Positions 8,114-15,776 of a DNA stretch of 38,040 nt are shown one piece after another; the stretch's first letter is position 1, and every line of letters begins with the position of its first letter. Source of the DNA: a virus. Lineage: Duplodnaviria; Caudoviricetes. The position numbers and the translations under genes are program-made. The notes beneath the pieces are model-generated. The model did not search any database, was not told the origin of the DNA, and saw only the letters and a list, made by a program, of their open reading frames with translations. The DNA lies in the IMG/VR virus record IMGVR_UViG_3300044849_000009, positions 1 through 38,040 of that record. One strand, written 5' to 3'.

Positions 8114-8974
8114 ATGCTGACCTTCATAAGCGTCTGCGCTGGCATCGGCGGCATTGACCTTGGCTTTGAATCCGTTGGCATGTCGTGCGTTGCACAGATT
8201 GAGATTGATGACTATGCGACCAAAATCCTCGAAAAACATTGGCCCAACGTTCCACGATTTCGCGACATCCGGCGCACTTGCGCTCGAACACTACCACGCG
8301 CTGACATTATCGCGGGCGGGATACCGTGCCAACCCCACAGCCTCGCAGGTAAGCGCCTCGGAGCTGCCGACGAGCGCGATCTTTGGCCTGACTTCTACCG
8401 CCTCGTTTGCAACTTACGACCCCGCTACGCAGTGGTTGAAAACGTCCCAGGGCTACGCACAAGCGATGATGGACGGCATTTCGGGCGAATCCTATCCGAC
8501 TTGGCCGCAGCAGGGTATGGTGTCGAATGGATTAGTTTTCCAGCTTCAGCCCTTGGCGCTTGGCACAAGCGAGAACGTGTATGGATTATTGCCTACGCCA
8601 ACCGTGAACATGGTCAGCGGTGGCGCGAATCACAACAGCCCAAGCGTCCTAGCGGGCAGTCATGGACTGAATTTGGCGGGCGCAGTAGCGCGGAGTTTTC
8701 TACCCACTCCCAACGCGATACTCGGAACCTACGATCTGAACTGGCAAGCAACCGACAATCGCAAGAAACCAAACAAGCTAGGGTGGGCAGTTCGAGAGGC
8801 GACCGAAGATCTGACATCTGGGCAATTGAACCCGCAGTGGGTCGAGTGGCTCATGGGATTCCCGATCGATCACACCGCTTACGATGCTTAGGCAACGCCG
8901 TGGTTCCACAGTGCGCCGCTGTTGTTGGTGCGGCGATTCTGAATCATTACGAGAGGACATCATGTCCAAACTAA
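8114..8974 (+). CDS. DNA (cytosine-5)-methyltransferase, main (alpha-like) polypeptide
   Basis: Motif I (CAGIGGIDLG), IV (GGIPCQPHS), VI (VVENVPG), VIII (HKRERVWI), X (LGNAVVP). No motif IX in this frame. Confidence 0.93.
   Translation: MLTFISVCAGIGGIDLGFESVGMSCVAQIEIDDYATKILEKHWPNVPRFRDIRRTCARTLPRADIIAGGIPCQPHSLAGKRLGAADERDLWPDFYRLVCNLRPRYAVVENVPGLRTSDDGRHFGRILSDLAAAGYGVEWISFPASALGAWHKRERVWIIAYANREHGQRWRESQQPKRPSGQSWTEFGGRSSAEFSTHSQRDTRNLRSELASNRQSQETKQARVGSSRGDRRSDIWAIEPAVGRVAHGIPDRSHRLRCLGNAVVPQCAAVVGAAILNHYERTSCPN
8154..8891 (+). CDS. Nested alternate-frame ORF: probable beta subunit of the C5 methyltransferase (true start possibly ATG 8208 or 8214)
   Basis: 245-codon open +1 frame with LLPTP and FLPTPNA repeats and a motif IX-like GQLNPQWVEWLMGFP. 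Confidence 0.75.
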   Translation: MTLALNPLACRALHRLRLMTMRPKSSKNIGPTFHDFATSGALALEHYHALTLSRAGYRANPTASQVSASELPTSAIFGLTSTASFATYDPATQWLKTSQGYAQAMMDGISGESYPTWPQQGMVSNGLVFQLQPLALGTSENVYGLLPTPTVNMVSGGANHNSPSVLAGSHGLNLAGAVARSFLPTPNAILGTYDLNWQATDNRKKPNKLGWAVREATEDLTSGQLNPQWVEWLMGFPIDHTAYDA

Positions 8975-9102
8975 TCGCGATCTTCATCAGCGTCGCCATG
9001 CTCACGATCTGCACGGTACTAGCGCTGTACATGCCACCGTGGCTGCTGCTGTTACTGCTCAGCCTAGCGTTTTTGACGAATATGAAACGAGGTACCGAAT
9101 GA
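8962..9102 (+). CDS. Small membrane protein (46 aa)
   Basis: GAGAGG RBS; almost entirely hydrophobic; ATGA overlap with the next gene. Confidence 0.65.
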   Translation: MSKLIAIFISVAMLTICTVLALYMPPWLLLLLLSLAFLTNMKRGTE

Positions 9103-9572
9103 AGCCAGAACCTGTTTTGAGGCCATGTCCGTTTTGTGGGAGTAGCGCTAGCCCTGCGTGGAATGAATCAAGTACGGCTAAGGTGTGGGTTGAGTGCGAC
9201 AATCCACATTGCGACACCTTAATGCGTGGCCCGAATGCGTTTGAGCGGTGGAACCAACGCCATAACGAACCGCCAGCCGTTGACGAAGTGCCGCCATTGG
9301 ATAATCAACGGCGTGAATCAGACCTTAATCCATTCAATAGTATCTATTCCCAAATGAATACCGTTGAGTGGAAGACGGCTTATTACGGCACTTACACAAC
9401 AATAAATCCATGCGCTAATTGTGGATCAAACAACACCAAAGTGAACGACAATCCCCGATTCGGCATAACCTACATCAGTTGTCCGCATTGCGACCGCGTA
9501 GGCGAACGTTGCTCTAACCCCGATATGGCAATTGAAGCATGGAATAAGACTAATCCGATCAACGCTAACTAA
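9099..9572 (+). CDS. Lar-family (restriction alleviation-like) protein with two zinc-ribbon units
   Basis: LRPCPFCG...VECDNPHC...WNQR and NPCANCG...ISCPHC...AIEAWN. Confidence 0.8.
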   Translation: MKPEPVLRPCPFCGSSASPAWNESSTAKVWVECDNPHCDTLMRGPNAFERWNQRHNEPPAVDEVPPLDNQRRESDLNPFNSIYSQMNTVEWKTAYYGTYTTINPCANCGSNNTKVNDNPRFGITYISCPHCDRVGERCSNPDMAIEAWNKTNPINAN

Positions 9573-9678
9573 AACAAAAAACGCGAACCGCTGCATAGGT
9601 GGCAGCGCTGGCATGGAGCCAACGAAGCCGCAGCGGTTCGCACATGAACGAAACATCGTTACCGAGATTATAGCATAC
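9571..9678 (-). ncRNA. Putative antisense small RNA unit (extended -10 promoter, hairpin, U-tract)
   Basis: Minus strand: TGCTATAAT at about 9668-9676, 12-bp stem GCGAACCGCTGC/GCAGCGGTTCGC with nested stems, then TTTTTTGTTTT. Confidence 0.5.
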
Positions 9679-9688
9679 GAGGTCGATT

Positions 9689-10321
9689 ATGCGCCCACCA
9701 TTGCGTTACCACGGTGGCAAGTGGCGCTTAGCGCCATGGATTATTAGCCACTTTCAGCCGCACACCACCTATACCGAAGTCTATGGCGGTGGGGCTAGCG
9801 TACTGATTCAAAAGCCCCGCAGTTACGCAGAAATTTATAACGATCTCGATGATCAAGTAGTAAATTTCTTCAGAGTTTTACGTAACCCCTTAACCGCCGA
9901 TCAGTTACGTCAGGTGTGTGAACTCACACCCTACAGTCGTAAAGAATTCAATGAAGCTTATGACGTAACTGATGATCCGGTTGAGCAGCTTCCGGCTGTG
10001 AGAGTATTACAAGATCACGATACACCCCAGACATTGCACTATGTTGATCCGCCGTACACATTGGATAGCCGTTCGGAACGTGCGCGCCGCGCACCTGCAT
10101 ATCGCCATGAGATGACGAATGAACAGCATTGCGAACTAGCAACTGTTTTGCACTCGCTTCGCGGCATGGTCATTTTGAGTGGCTATCGTTCGCCGCTGTA
10201 TGACGACCTCTATCGTGACTGGCATCGGGTCGATAAGGATGCGCAATCCGGCCAACGTACCGATCGCATTGAATCGCTTTGGATTAATCCTGCTGCTCAA
10301 GGCAGGATGTTATTTCACTAG
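9689..10321 (+). CDS. DNA adenine methyltransferase (Dam/D12-like), apparently missing its central target-recognition region
   Basis: LRYHGGKW, YTEVYGGGASV, NDLD, HYVDPPY and ILSGY motifs; only 210 aa. Confidence 0.85.
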   Translation: MRPPLRYHGGKWRLAPWIISHFQPHTTYTEVYGGGASVLIQKPRSYAEIYNDLDDQVVNFFRVLRNPLTADQLRQVCELTPYSRKEFNEAYDVTDDPVEQLPAVRVLQDHDTPQTLHYVDPPYTLDSRSERARRAPAYRHEMTNEQHCELATVLHSLRGMVILSGYRSPLYDDLYRDWHRVDKDAQSGQRTDRIESLWINPAAQGRMLFH

Positions 10322-10332
10322 GAGCTATCACA

Positions 10333-10539
10333 ATGACCAAGCAAGAAGCCGCCCGCATGAACGCACTACTGAACACGCCAGACCCGAAAACTCTAACCTT
10401 GCCTGACCTGTATGAGCTACGCGACCTGTTACGTAAGGCGTGGCACGTCATTGACGACCGTGACGTGATTGACAACTGCAACATGGTCGGCGCTGTCGTT
10501 GATATGCGAATTATGGAATTAGAAGAGGTGCAAGCATGA
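10333..10539 (+). CDS. Hypothetical protein
   Basis: AGGAG RBS; ATGA coupling to the next gene. Confidence 0.7.
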   Translation: MTKQEAARMNALLNTPDPKTLTLPDLYELRDLLRKAWHVIDDRDVIDNCNMVGAVVDMRIMELEEVQA

Positions 10540-11144
10540 CCCTCAAAACACGAAGCCCACTCGGCTACATGCGCAACCGCAGCCGCTACAGCGTGGCCCA
10601 CGGCGCACCATCGAATACCGTCACCAAAACACGCTGGCAGTTCATCAGCCGCTCACGCCTCATTGCCGAAGCAAGCATGCTGCTGATCTGGCTGGTCTTG
10701 TGGATTGCCAACGGCATTGCCACCGCCAGCGGCGTAGTGTTGCTTGGCTTGTGGCTGAAGCATCACGGTGTCTGGCAGGCAAGCGGCGTGCTGGATTGGT
10801 TTTTTATTGGCTGTTTGGCGCATGTGGTGATCAGTTTTGTCGGACAGCATCTGTGGCGTGGTGTGCGGATTCCTGCTGAGCTACGGATTATCGACCAAAT
10901 GCGCTACTTCGTCGGCCACGTTGATCGCATGCGCTTGACATTCGCCGTATTGGTTGGTTCAATAGACGCATTTAGCACGGCGTGGTATCTGCATCAGTTC
11001 GTCACGGGCTTGTTTGGCTACCGCGTGTGGCTTGCCGTCCCAAGTGGCTTGGTGGCAGCGTTGGTAGCACTGTCGGCGGAACCGATGATTCGGCAGTTTG
11101 TGCGGGGGATTCAACAGGTTATGAAGGGTGAGGTGGTGGAATGA
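10536..11144 (+). CDS. Integral membrane protein (about 4 TM)
   Basis: GAGG RBS; several long hydrophobic segments. Confidence 0.75.
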   Translation: MTLKTRSPLGYMRNRSRYSVAHGAPSNTVTKTRWQFISRSRLIAEASMLLIWLVLWIANGIATASGVVLLGLWLKHHGVWQASGVLDWFFIGCLAHVVISFVGQHLWRGVRIPAELRIIDQMRYFVGHVDRMRLTFAVLVGSIDAFSTAWYLHQFVTGLFGYRVWLAVPSGLVAALVALSAEPMIRQFVRGIQQVMKGEVVE

Positions 11145-11425
11145 GAAAGAAACAACCGCCAGCCTTGGAACGCCTCAAGGCTAAACTAGAGGCATTAGGG
11201 TATGAGTTCAAACCCGAGTATGTACGCCGCCTCACAAGTCCATATCGCAATGCTGAATGGTGGCAAAGCGTGTCAAGGGATGCGCCGCTTACGGATAGGA
11301 TGAAACAACTATTTTGCAGCAACTATACCGTTGCTCAGCTCGCAAAAGATGGCGTTGAAATCGAGATTGATCGTACTAGCGGCTACTTATGGATTGAAAT
11401 AAAGAAAGCTAAGACCAGCACATGA
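11141..11425 (+). CDS. Hypothetical protein
   Basis: GAGGTGG RBS; ATGA overlaps at both ends. Confidence 0.7.
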   Translation: MRKKQPPALERLKAKLEALGYEFKPEYVRRLTSPYRNAEWWQSVSRDAPLTDRMKQLFCSNYTVAQLAKDGVEIEIDRTSGYLWIEIKKAKTST

Positions 11426-11667
11426 AACCAGAACAATGGCATTGCAGCACCTGCTCCTACATCGCCACCAGTTGCGCAGACTATAAAGCCCATAAAGCCA
11501 CTCATGCAGTGCGGGGTGAGCGCCACGATCCGACCGCGCAACCAGGCGCATTGGTTGTCGTGCCCATTCCTGAGCTATGGCATCGTGCATCCCAAATTCG
11601 CTCAATCGTGGTCAAGCATTCATGGGATGAAATCTACCAACGCCAGCATGAAATCTACAAAGGATAA
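11422..11667 (+). CDS. Small protein with a C2H2-like zinc finger
   Basis: CSTC...HKATH; coupled start. Confidence 0.6.
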   Translation: MKPEQWHCSTCSYIATSCADYKAHKATHAVRGERHDPTAQPGALVVVPIPELWHRASQIRSIVVKHSWDEIYQRQHEIYKG

Positions 11668-11670
11668 CCA

Positions 11671-11913
11671 ATGCAAGGATTCTTAATCGTTGGCACCCTT
11701 GTGGCACTCGTGGCTTCGCTCGTGGTTATTATGACCCGCCAGCCTATCAAGTCGCAGCCCAAACCACAGCCGCAACGCACGCAGCGCCACCTCCGCCGCC
11801 TCAAACATCAGCGCCGACGCTACTACCAGCGCCGTATGCGCACGATGGAACAGCGCTATCTGGTGTTGCTGGCGTTTGTGGTACAGTGGCAGTACAAGCA
11901 AGTGAGGACATAG
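11671..11913 (+). CDS. Small protein with an N-terminal membrane anchor and Arg/Gln-rich body
   Basis: AAGGA RBS; hydrophobic N-terminus. Confidence 0.65.
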   Translation: MQGFLIVGTLVALVASLVVIMTRQPIKSQPKPQPQRTQRHLRRLKHQRRRYYQRRMRTMEQRYLVLLAFVVQWQYKQVRT

Positions 11914-11915
11914 CT

Positions 11916-12239
11916 ATGGTCATGTTGACGTTATCCGACAACGACGAACTAAACGCCGTTGCAGCCAAGATCAAGGCAGAGCTTGAGACGGTACAGAACG
12001 GTATCAATGCGGCGCTACGGCGTATGCTGAAGCCTGATTTAGTACAGTTCCGTATGTCGATTGACCCTGATCAGTACGAGTGCTTTGAAATAATCTTTCA
12101 TCTGTTTGGACATGACGGCGTTTGGTATGACACCTACAGCGCTGACGATTTCACAGATGAGTTAATGCGAAGCCAGATTGACACCTTAGTGTATCGGGTG
12201 ATGGCTGCGCTGATTATGGGCAGAGGGCAAAAGTTATGA
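11916..12239 (+). CDS. Hypothetical protein
   Basis: GAGGA RBS before ATG 11916. Confidence 0.7.
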   Translation: MVMLTLSDNDELNAVAAKIKAELETVQNGINAALRRMLKPDLVQFRMSIDPDQYECFEIIFHLFGHDGVWYDTYSADDFTDELMRSQIDTLVYRVMAALIMGRGQKL

Positions 12240-12544
12240 CAGACAATCAAACATGGGCAGAAGCCACGCCAGCCAAACCGCTAACGTTCGCTGAATTGAA
12301 AGCTGAGATTGACAAAGCGGTCGGCGCTGCAATGACTAAGTATCTTGACGAGCAACGACAAGTCATGTTTGACAAGGCGTTTGATCTGCCGCCGACATTC
12401 CAACATAACGCGGCTGTGGTGCATCAGCCAACCGCGTATATTCCATTTGATTCTACGTTTTTTGGCGACATCAAAATCAAGGTACTGCGAATCGCCTTGC
12501 AAGGCATGTTAGAGCAGCTAATTAGAGAAGAGTTAGGTAAGTGA
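12236..12544 (+). CDS. Hypothetical protein, last gene of the plus arm
   Basis: ATGA overlap; followed by a terminator. Confidence 0.7.
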   Translation: MTDNQTWAEATPAKPLTFAELKAEIDKAVGAAMTKYLDEQRQVMFDKAFDLPPTFQHNAAVVHQPTAYIPFDSTFFGDIKIKVLRIALQGMLEQLIREELGK

Positions 12545-12558
12545 CCTAAACCTGAAAC

Positions 12559-12600
12559 ACCCCGCTGATCATCATTAGATCAGCGGGGTTATTTTTATTT
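12559..12600. terminator. Terminator between the convergent arms (probably bidirectional)
   Basis: Perfect 12-bp stem ACCCCGCTGATC/GATCAGCGGGGT with a T-rich tail on the plus strand. Confidence 0.9.
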
Positions 12601-12603
12601 AAC

Positions 12604-14322
12604 CTACTTCGCTGCTAGCAACACCTCTAACGTCGGTAGCTGCGATTCTGGCGTGACCGTGATCACGTTCGCAAACGCATCGTAGCGCCAATCGCTGACG
12701 ACGATTGATCGGTCTTTTGTTTGTGGCGCGAGATACACGGGCAGGTTGACCACGATGATCGTATCCTCTGCCTTGACTTCGAGCGGGGACACCCGCGTGC
12801 CCTCACCCGTGTACACGTGCTTGAAGCTATACCGTGCCTGCGCAACCCGATAATCGAACGCTTCTAACACGGCGTTGCGTTGGGCGTTGGCATTGGCTAA
12901 TGTCGTTACATCGGTTGCTAGTACCGATTGCCGTGTGATGCCCAGCGCATTGATGGCACTGGCACTGGTACGCCGCGTGGTTTGCTGTTCAACACCTAGT
13001 TCATCAGTGTACGTGGCTTGCAAGCTGTTGATCACCGTTTCGAGTGGTTTAGCGATTTCGATATCATCAGCCAACACGTACCATGTGCGCGGTGCTGGCG
13101 CAGAGCCAAACCATAACCGCCGATCAGGGCCAACCCCCCATGTTACATTGGCATCGGTTGCAAACTGCCCAAGCAACGTAAACGCATCAGCATTGTTGTA
13201 TTCAGCGTCGGTATAGTCAATCTCGGATGCAACGACACCAGCGGTTGAATTGATCAGATTGACGAAGCCTGTGCCGTTCAGGGCTGACAAGCGGCTGATA
13301 ATATCAGCGATGATTAGTGTATTGGGAATTGTCGTCAAGCCTTCAATAGTTTTTGATCCGCTCACATAGGTATTGACCGTGGTAATGTCAAACGTAGTTG
13401 CGGTGACGTTTGATGCTGTCACTTGCTCAGTATTTGCGAACCATAACAAACTGCCTTCAACGATATTATCCATACTCGCTGGCGTAATCGTTGCAGGCAC
13501 ACCAGCGGTAATTGCGCCCGTGGTTGCCGTGGTATCTACAACCTCGCCACCCGTCACCACGCGGATCGCGGTCACGTTAAACATGTTGGCATTGGTTTCG
13601 CTCGTATACAGAATTGGCGTGCCAACCGTATCGCGCAACGTCACGGTAATGTGCTTGATATTCGTTGCCGTAAACAGGTGTACCAAGCCCTCGGTCAAGA
13701 CGCTGCCCGCTGGTCCCGCGTTGGGTAGGCTGCCACTGAACACGGTTTCTGACGTGGTGAAATTACTATTCCAACCTTCAACCAAGCAATCGCATTGAAT
13801 CGTGGCACTAAATATCTGCTCTAGGCTAATGCGCAACGCCGTAATCGACCGCGATCCAATAACCGAGAATAGCCACCCCGCTTGCTCATGACCTGTCGTG
13901 TTGTAGGTCGTGTCTTTAACAAGGCCCAAGGCCAGCTTTTGACTATCACTAATCGCAAAAACATCGTTGCGCCAAACGCCATACGGCAAGGTGTCAGGTT
14001 CGATGTTTGACCAATTCGTCAACCGCTGTGTTGACCATGTTTCGGTATAGCGCAGGTCTTGCAACGCGGTATTGAAGCCGAAGCCATCGAAGTGATACAC
14101 CGCTGTGCGCAGCGTTGGCCGTGCGAGGCGATACCAATACTCTTGGTTGGTCTGCGAATCAGTGTAGCAGGCGACTAATAGTCGCTCGCCTTGCCACTCG
14201 GTTGCAAGCGCTAATTTCAGCTTCAGATCAAAGCTGATACTGGTCGCGTTCAATGCCAGGTTCAGTGTATCGTCCGTGACCGGATATGCCACGTCGCCAT
14301 CGTAGATAACTAAAGTACTCAT
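12604..14322 (-). CDS. Tail tip / baseplate hub-like minor tail protein with an internal beta-rich insertion
   Basis: Second gene after the tape measure; Thr/Gly/Asn-rich centre; hub-like C-terminus. Confidence 0.7.
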   Translation of the reverse strand: MSTLVIYDGDVAYPVTDDTLNLALNATSISFDLKLKLALATEWQGERLLVACYTDSQTNQEYWYRLARPTLRTAVYHFDGFGFNTALQDLRYTETWSTQRLTNWSNIEPDTLPYGVWRNDVFAISDSQKLALGLVKDTTYNTTGHEQAGWLFSVIGSRSITALRISLEQIFSATIQCDCLVEGWNSNFTTSETVFSGSLPNAGPAGSVLTEGLVHLFTATNIKHITVTLRDTVGTPILYTSETNANMFNVTAIRVVTGGEVVDTTATTGAITAGVPATITPASMDNIVEGSLLWFANTEQVTASNVTATTFDITTVNTYVSGSKTIEGLTTIPNTLIIADIISRLSALNGTGFVNLINSTAGVVASEIDYTDAEYNNADAFTLLGQFATDANVTWGVGPDRRLWFGSAPAPRTWYVLADDIEIAKPLETVINSLQATYTDELGVEQQTTRRTSASAINALGITRQSVLATDVTTLANANAQRNAVLEAFDYRVAQARYSFKHVYTGEGTRVSPLEVKAEDTIIVVNLPVYLAPQTKDRSIVVSDWRYDAFANVITVTPESQLPTLEVLLAAK

Positions 14323-14324
14323 AA

Positions 14325-15764
14325 TTAGCGTGGCCCCGCAACGAAGGGATCATACGCGATACTAACCTGCGGTGTTTGGCGGTTGCCAGAGGTTGCGCAC
14401 CACGATTGACCAACATCAGTGCAGAGCCATAACACGGCAATATCTTCGTTGATGACATCAATCGTGCGGTCGCCGTGCATGACGACTGGTACATATAAAT
14501 CGGGCACACCTTGACGAAAATACAACGCTGGCGCAGTTGGAATGCCATCAACATTGATATCGGTAATCGTTCGCGCCTCACCCCACATGTTAGGGTTCAA
14601 GATGACATCGTAGGGATCGCCATAGGCTAGGCCGTACTGGGTTGGGTCGAACTGATCGTAGCCGATGATCGAATGTGGCTCGCCTGTATCAAGCGCTTGA
14701 TAACCGACAACATCCATCTTCAGTAAACCACCCGCCGTCTTGGGCGTAATTTCAAAGCCAATATTAACCGTTGGCACGCCAGCATTAACCACGCCAAGCG
14801 GCACAATGCGCGGCGAGGTGTAATTAATCGTTTGTGGCTGCGCATAGTAGCGTTTGCCACCATTCGCCTCGGCAAACGCACGGATCACGTACTCATGATC
14901 ACTATTATCTTGCTCAAAGCTACCAAACACAGCGATCTGCTTATAGTTCACGCCAACGCTATACGACCAACTGAGTGACTCGGTAGCCGTAGTCGTTGGC
15001 TGGAAGTAGATCAAATCACCGTTATAACTCTCATTGCCGCCGCTGAAGGTTGACCAGCGTGCTGGCGTGTCTTGCGTGGTTCCGGCTTTGGTCAGGTTTT
15101 TCATGCCGATACTGCCGTTGACTCCTGCCAAGATATACCCAGGCCCAGGCTGCGATCCAGTCAGGTTTTCGATGCCTGCCATTTTCAATAGGATTGAAGC
15201 CGCTGGCGTTTGCACACGTCCGTCGATATTGAATGTCCAGATATCGCCTTGTGGTTTAGTATTATCAGCCATGTTGTAGATATAGGTTGCATAGTCGTCA
15301 TCAACACGCCCAACACCAGTCCGTAAGAACGACACTTGGACATTGATGATGGTTTTGTTTGCCGCTGCGGTTTCTGCCGCATCAACGGGTAGTGTAACCG
15401 CGCTGGTTGCATTTGGAACCAAACCGACAATCGGGTAGTGCGCGTCGTCATTAAGTCCGCTACTGCCGACCTTATTCACGAAGCGTAGCGGCGTTTGTCG
15501 CTCACCGCGCTCCCACAGTGCCACATAGTCAAACGTTGCTCGTAAGGCTTCAACCGCCAACCACAAGTCTGCCACGGTGGTAGCTTGCACCTTGATCGTC
15601 AGATCTTCCTGTACAATCGGATAGCGCCCGCCAAAGAAGCGCCGTGCGATATTAGGCAACACAGGCTTTTGTCCGCGCTCCATCGTGCGGTACGTCCAGT
15701 TAGTACCGGAATCATTCAAATTTAGCGTGGTCAGCCCGTCACCTTCGATTTTGATTGTGTCCAT
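14325..15764 (-). CDS. Distal-tail (Dit)-position minor tail protein
   Basis: Immediately follows the tape measure; AGGAG RBS; beta-rich. Confidence 0.7.
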   Translation of the reverse strand: MDTIKIEGDGLTTLNLNDSGTNWTYRTMERGQKPVLPNIARRFFGGRYPIVQEDLTIKVQATTVADLWLAVEALRATFDYVALWERGERQTPLRFVNKVGSSGLNDDAHYPIVGLVPNATSAVTLPVDAAETAAANKTIINVQVSFLRTGVGRVDDDYATYIYNMADNTKPQGDIWTFNIDGRVQTPAASILLKMAGIENLTGSQPGPGYILAGVNGSIGMKNLTKAGTTQDTPARWSTFSGGNESYNGDLIYFQPTTTATESLSWSYSVGVNYKQIAVFGSFEQDNSDHEYVIRAFAEANGGKRYYAQPQTINYTSPRIVPLGVVNAGVPTVNIGFEITPKTAGGLLKMDVVGYQALDTGEPHSIIGYDQFDPTQYGLAYGDPYDVILNPNMWGEARTITDINVDGIPTAPALYFRQGVPDLYVPVVMHGDRTIDVINEDIAVLWLCTDVGQSWCATSGNRQTPQVSIAYDPFVAGPR

Positions 15765-15776
15765 TGTCGATAGCTC

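Noticed and set aside
8114-10321. Complete restriction-modification system
   Set aside because: No cognate endonuclease; orphan methyltransferases beside a Lar-like gene fit anti-restriction.
12604-15764. Diversity-generating retroelement target in tail genes
   Set aside because: No reverse transcriptase and no template/variable repeat pair seen.
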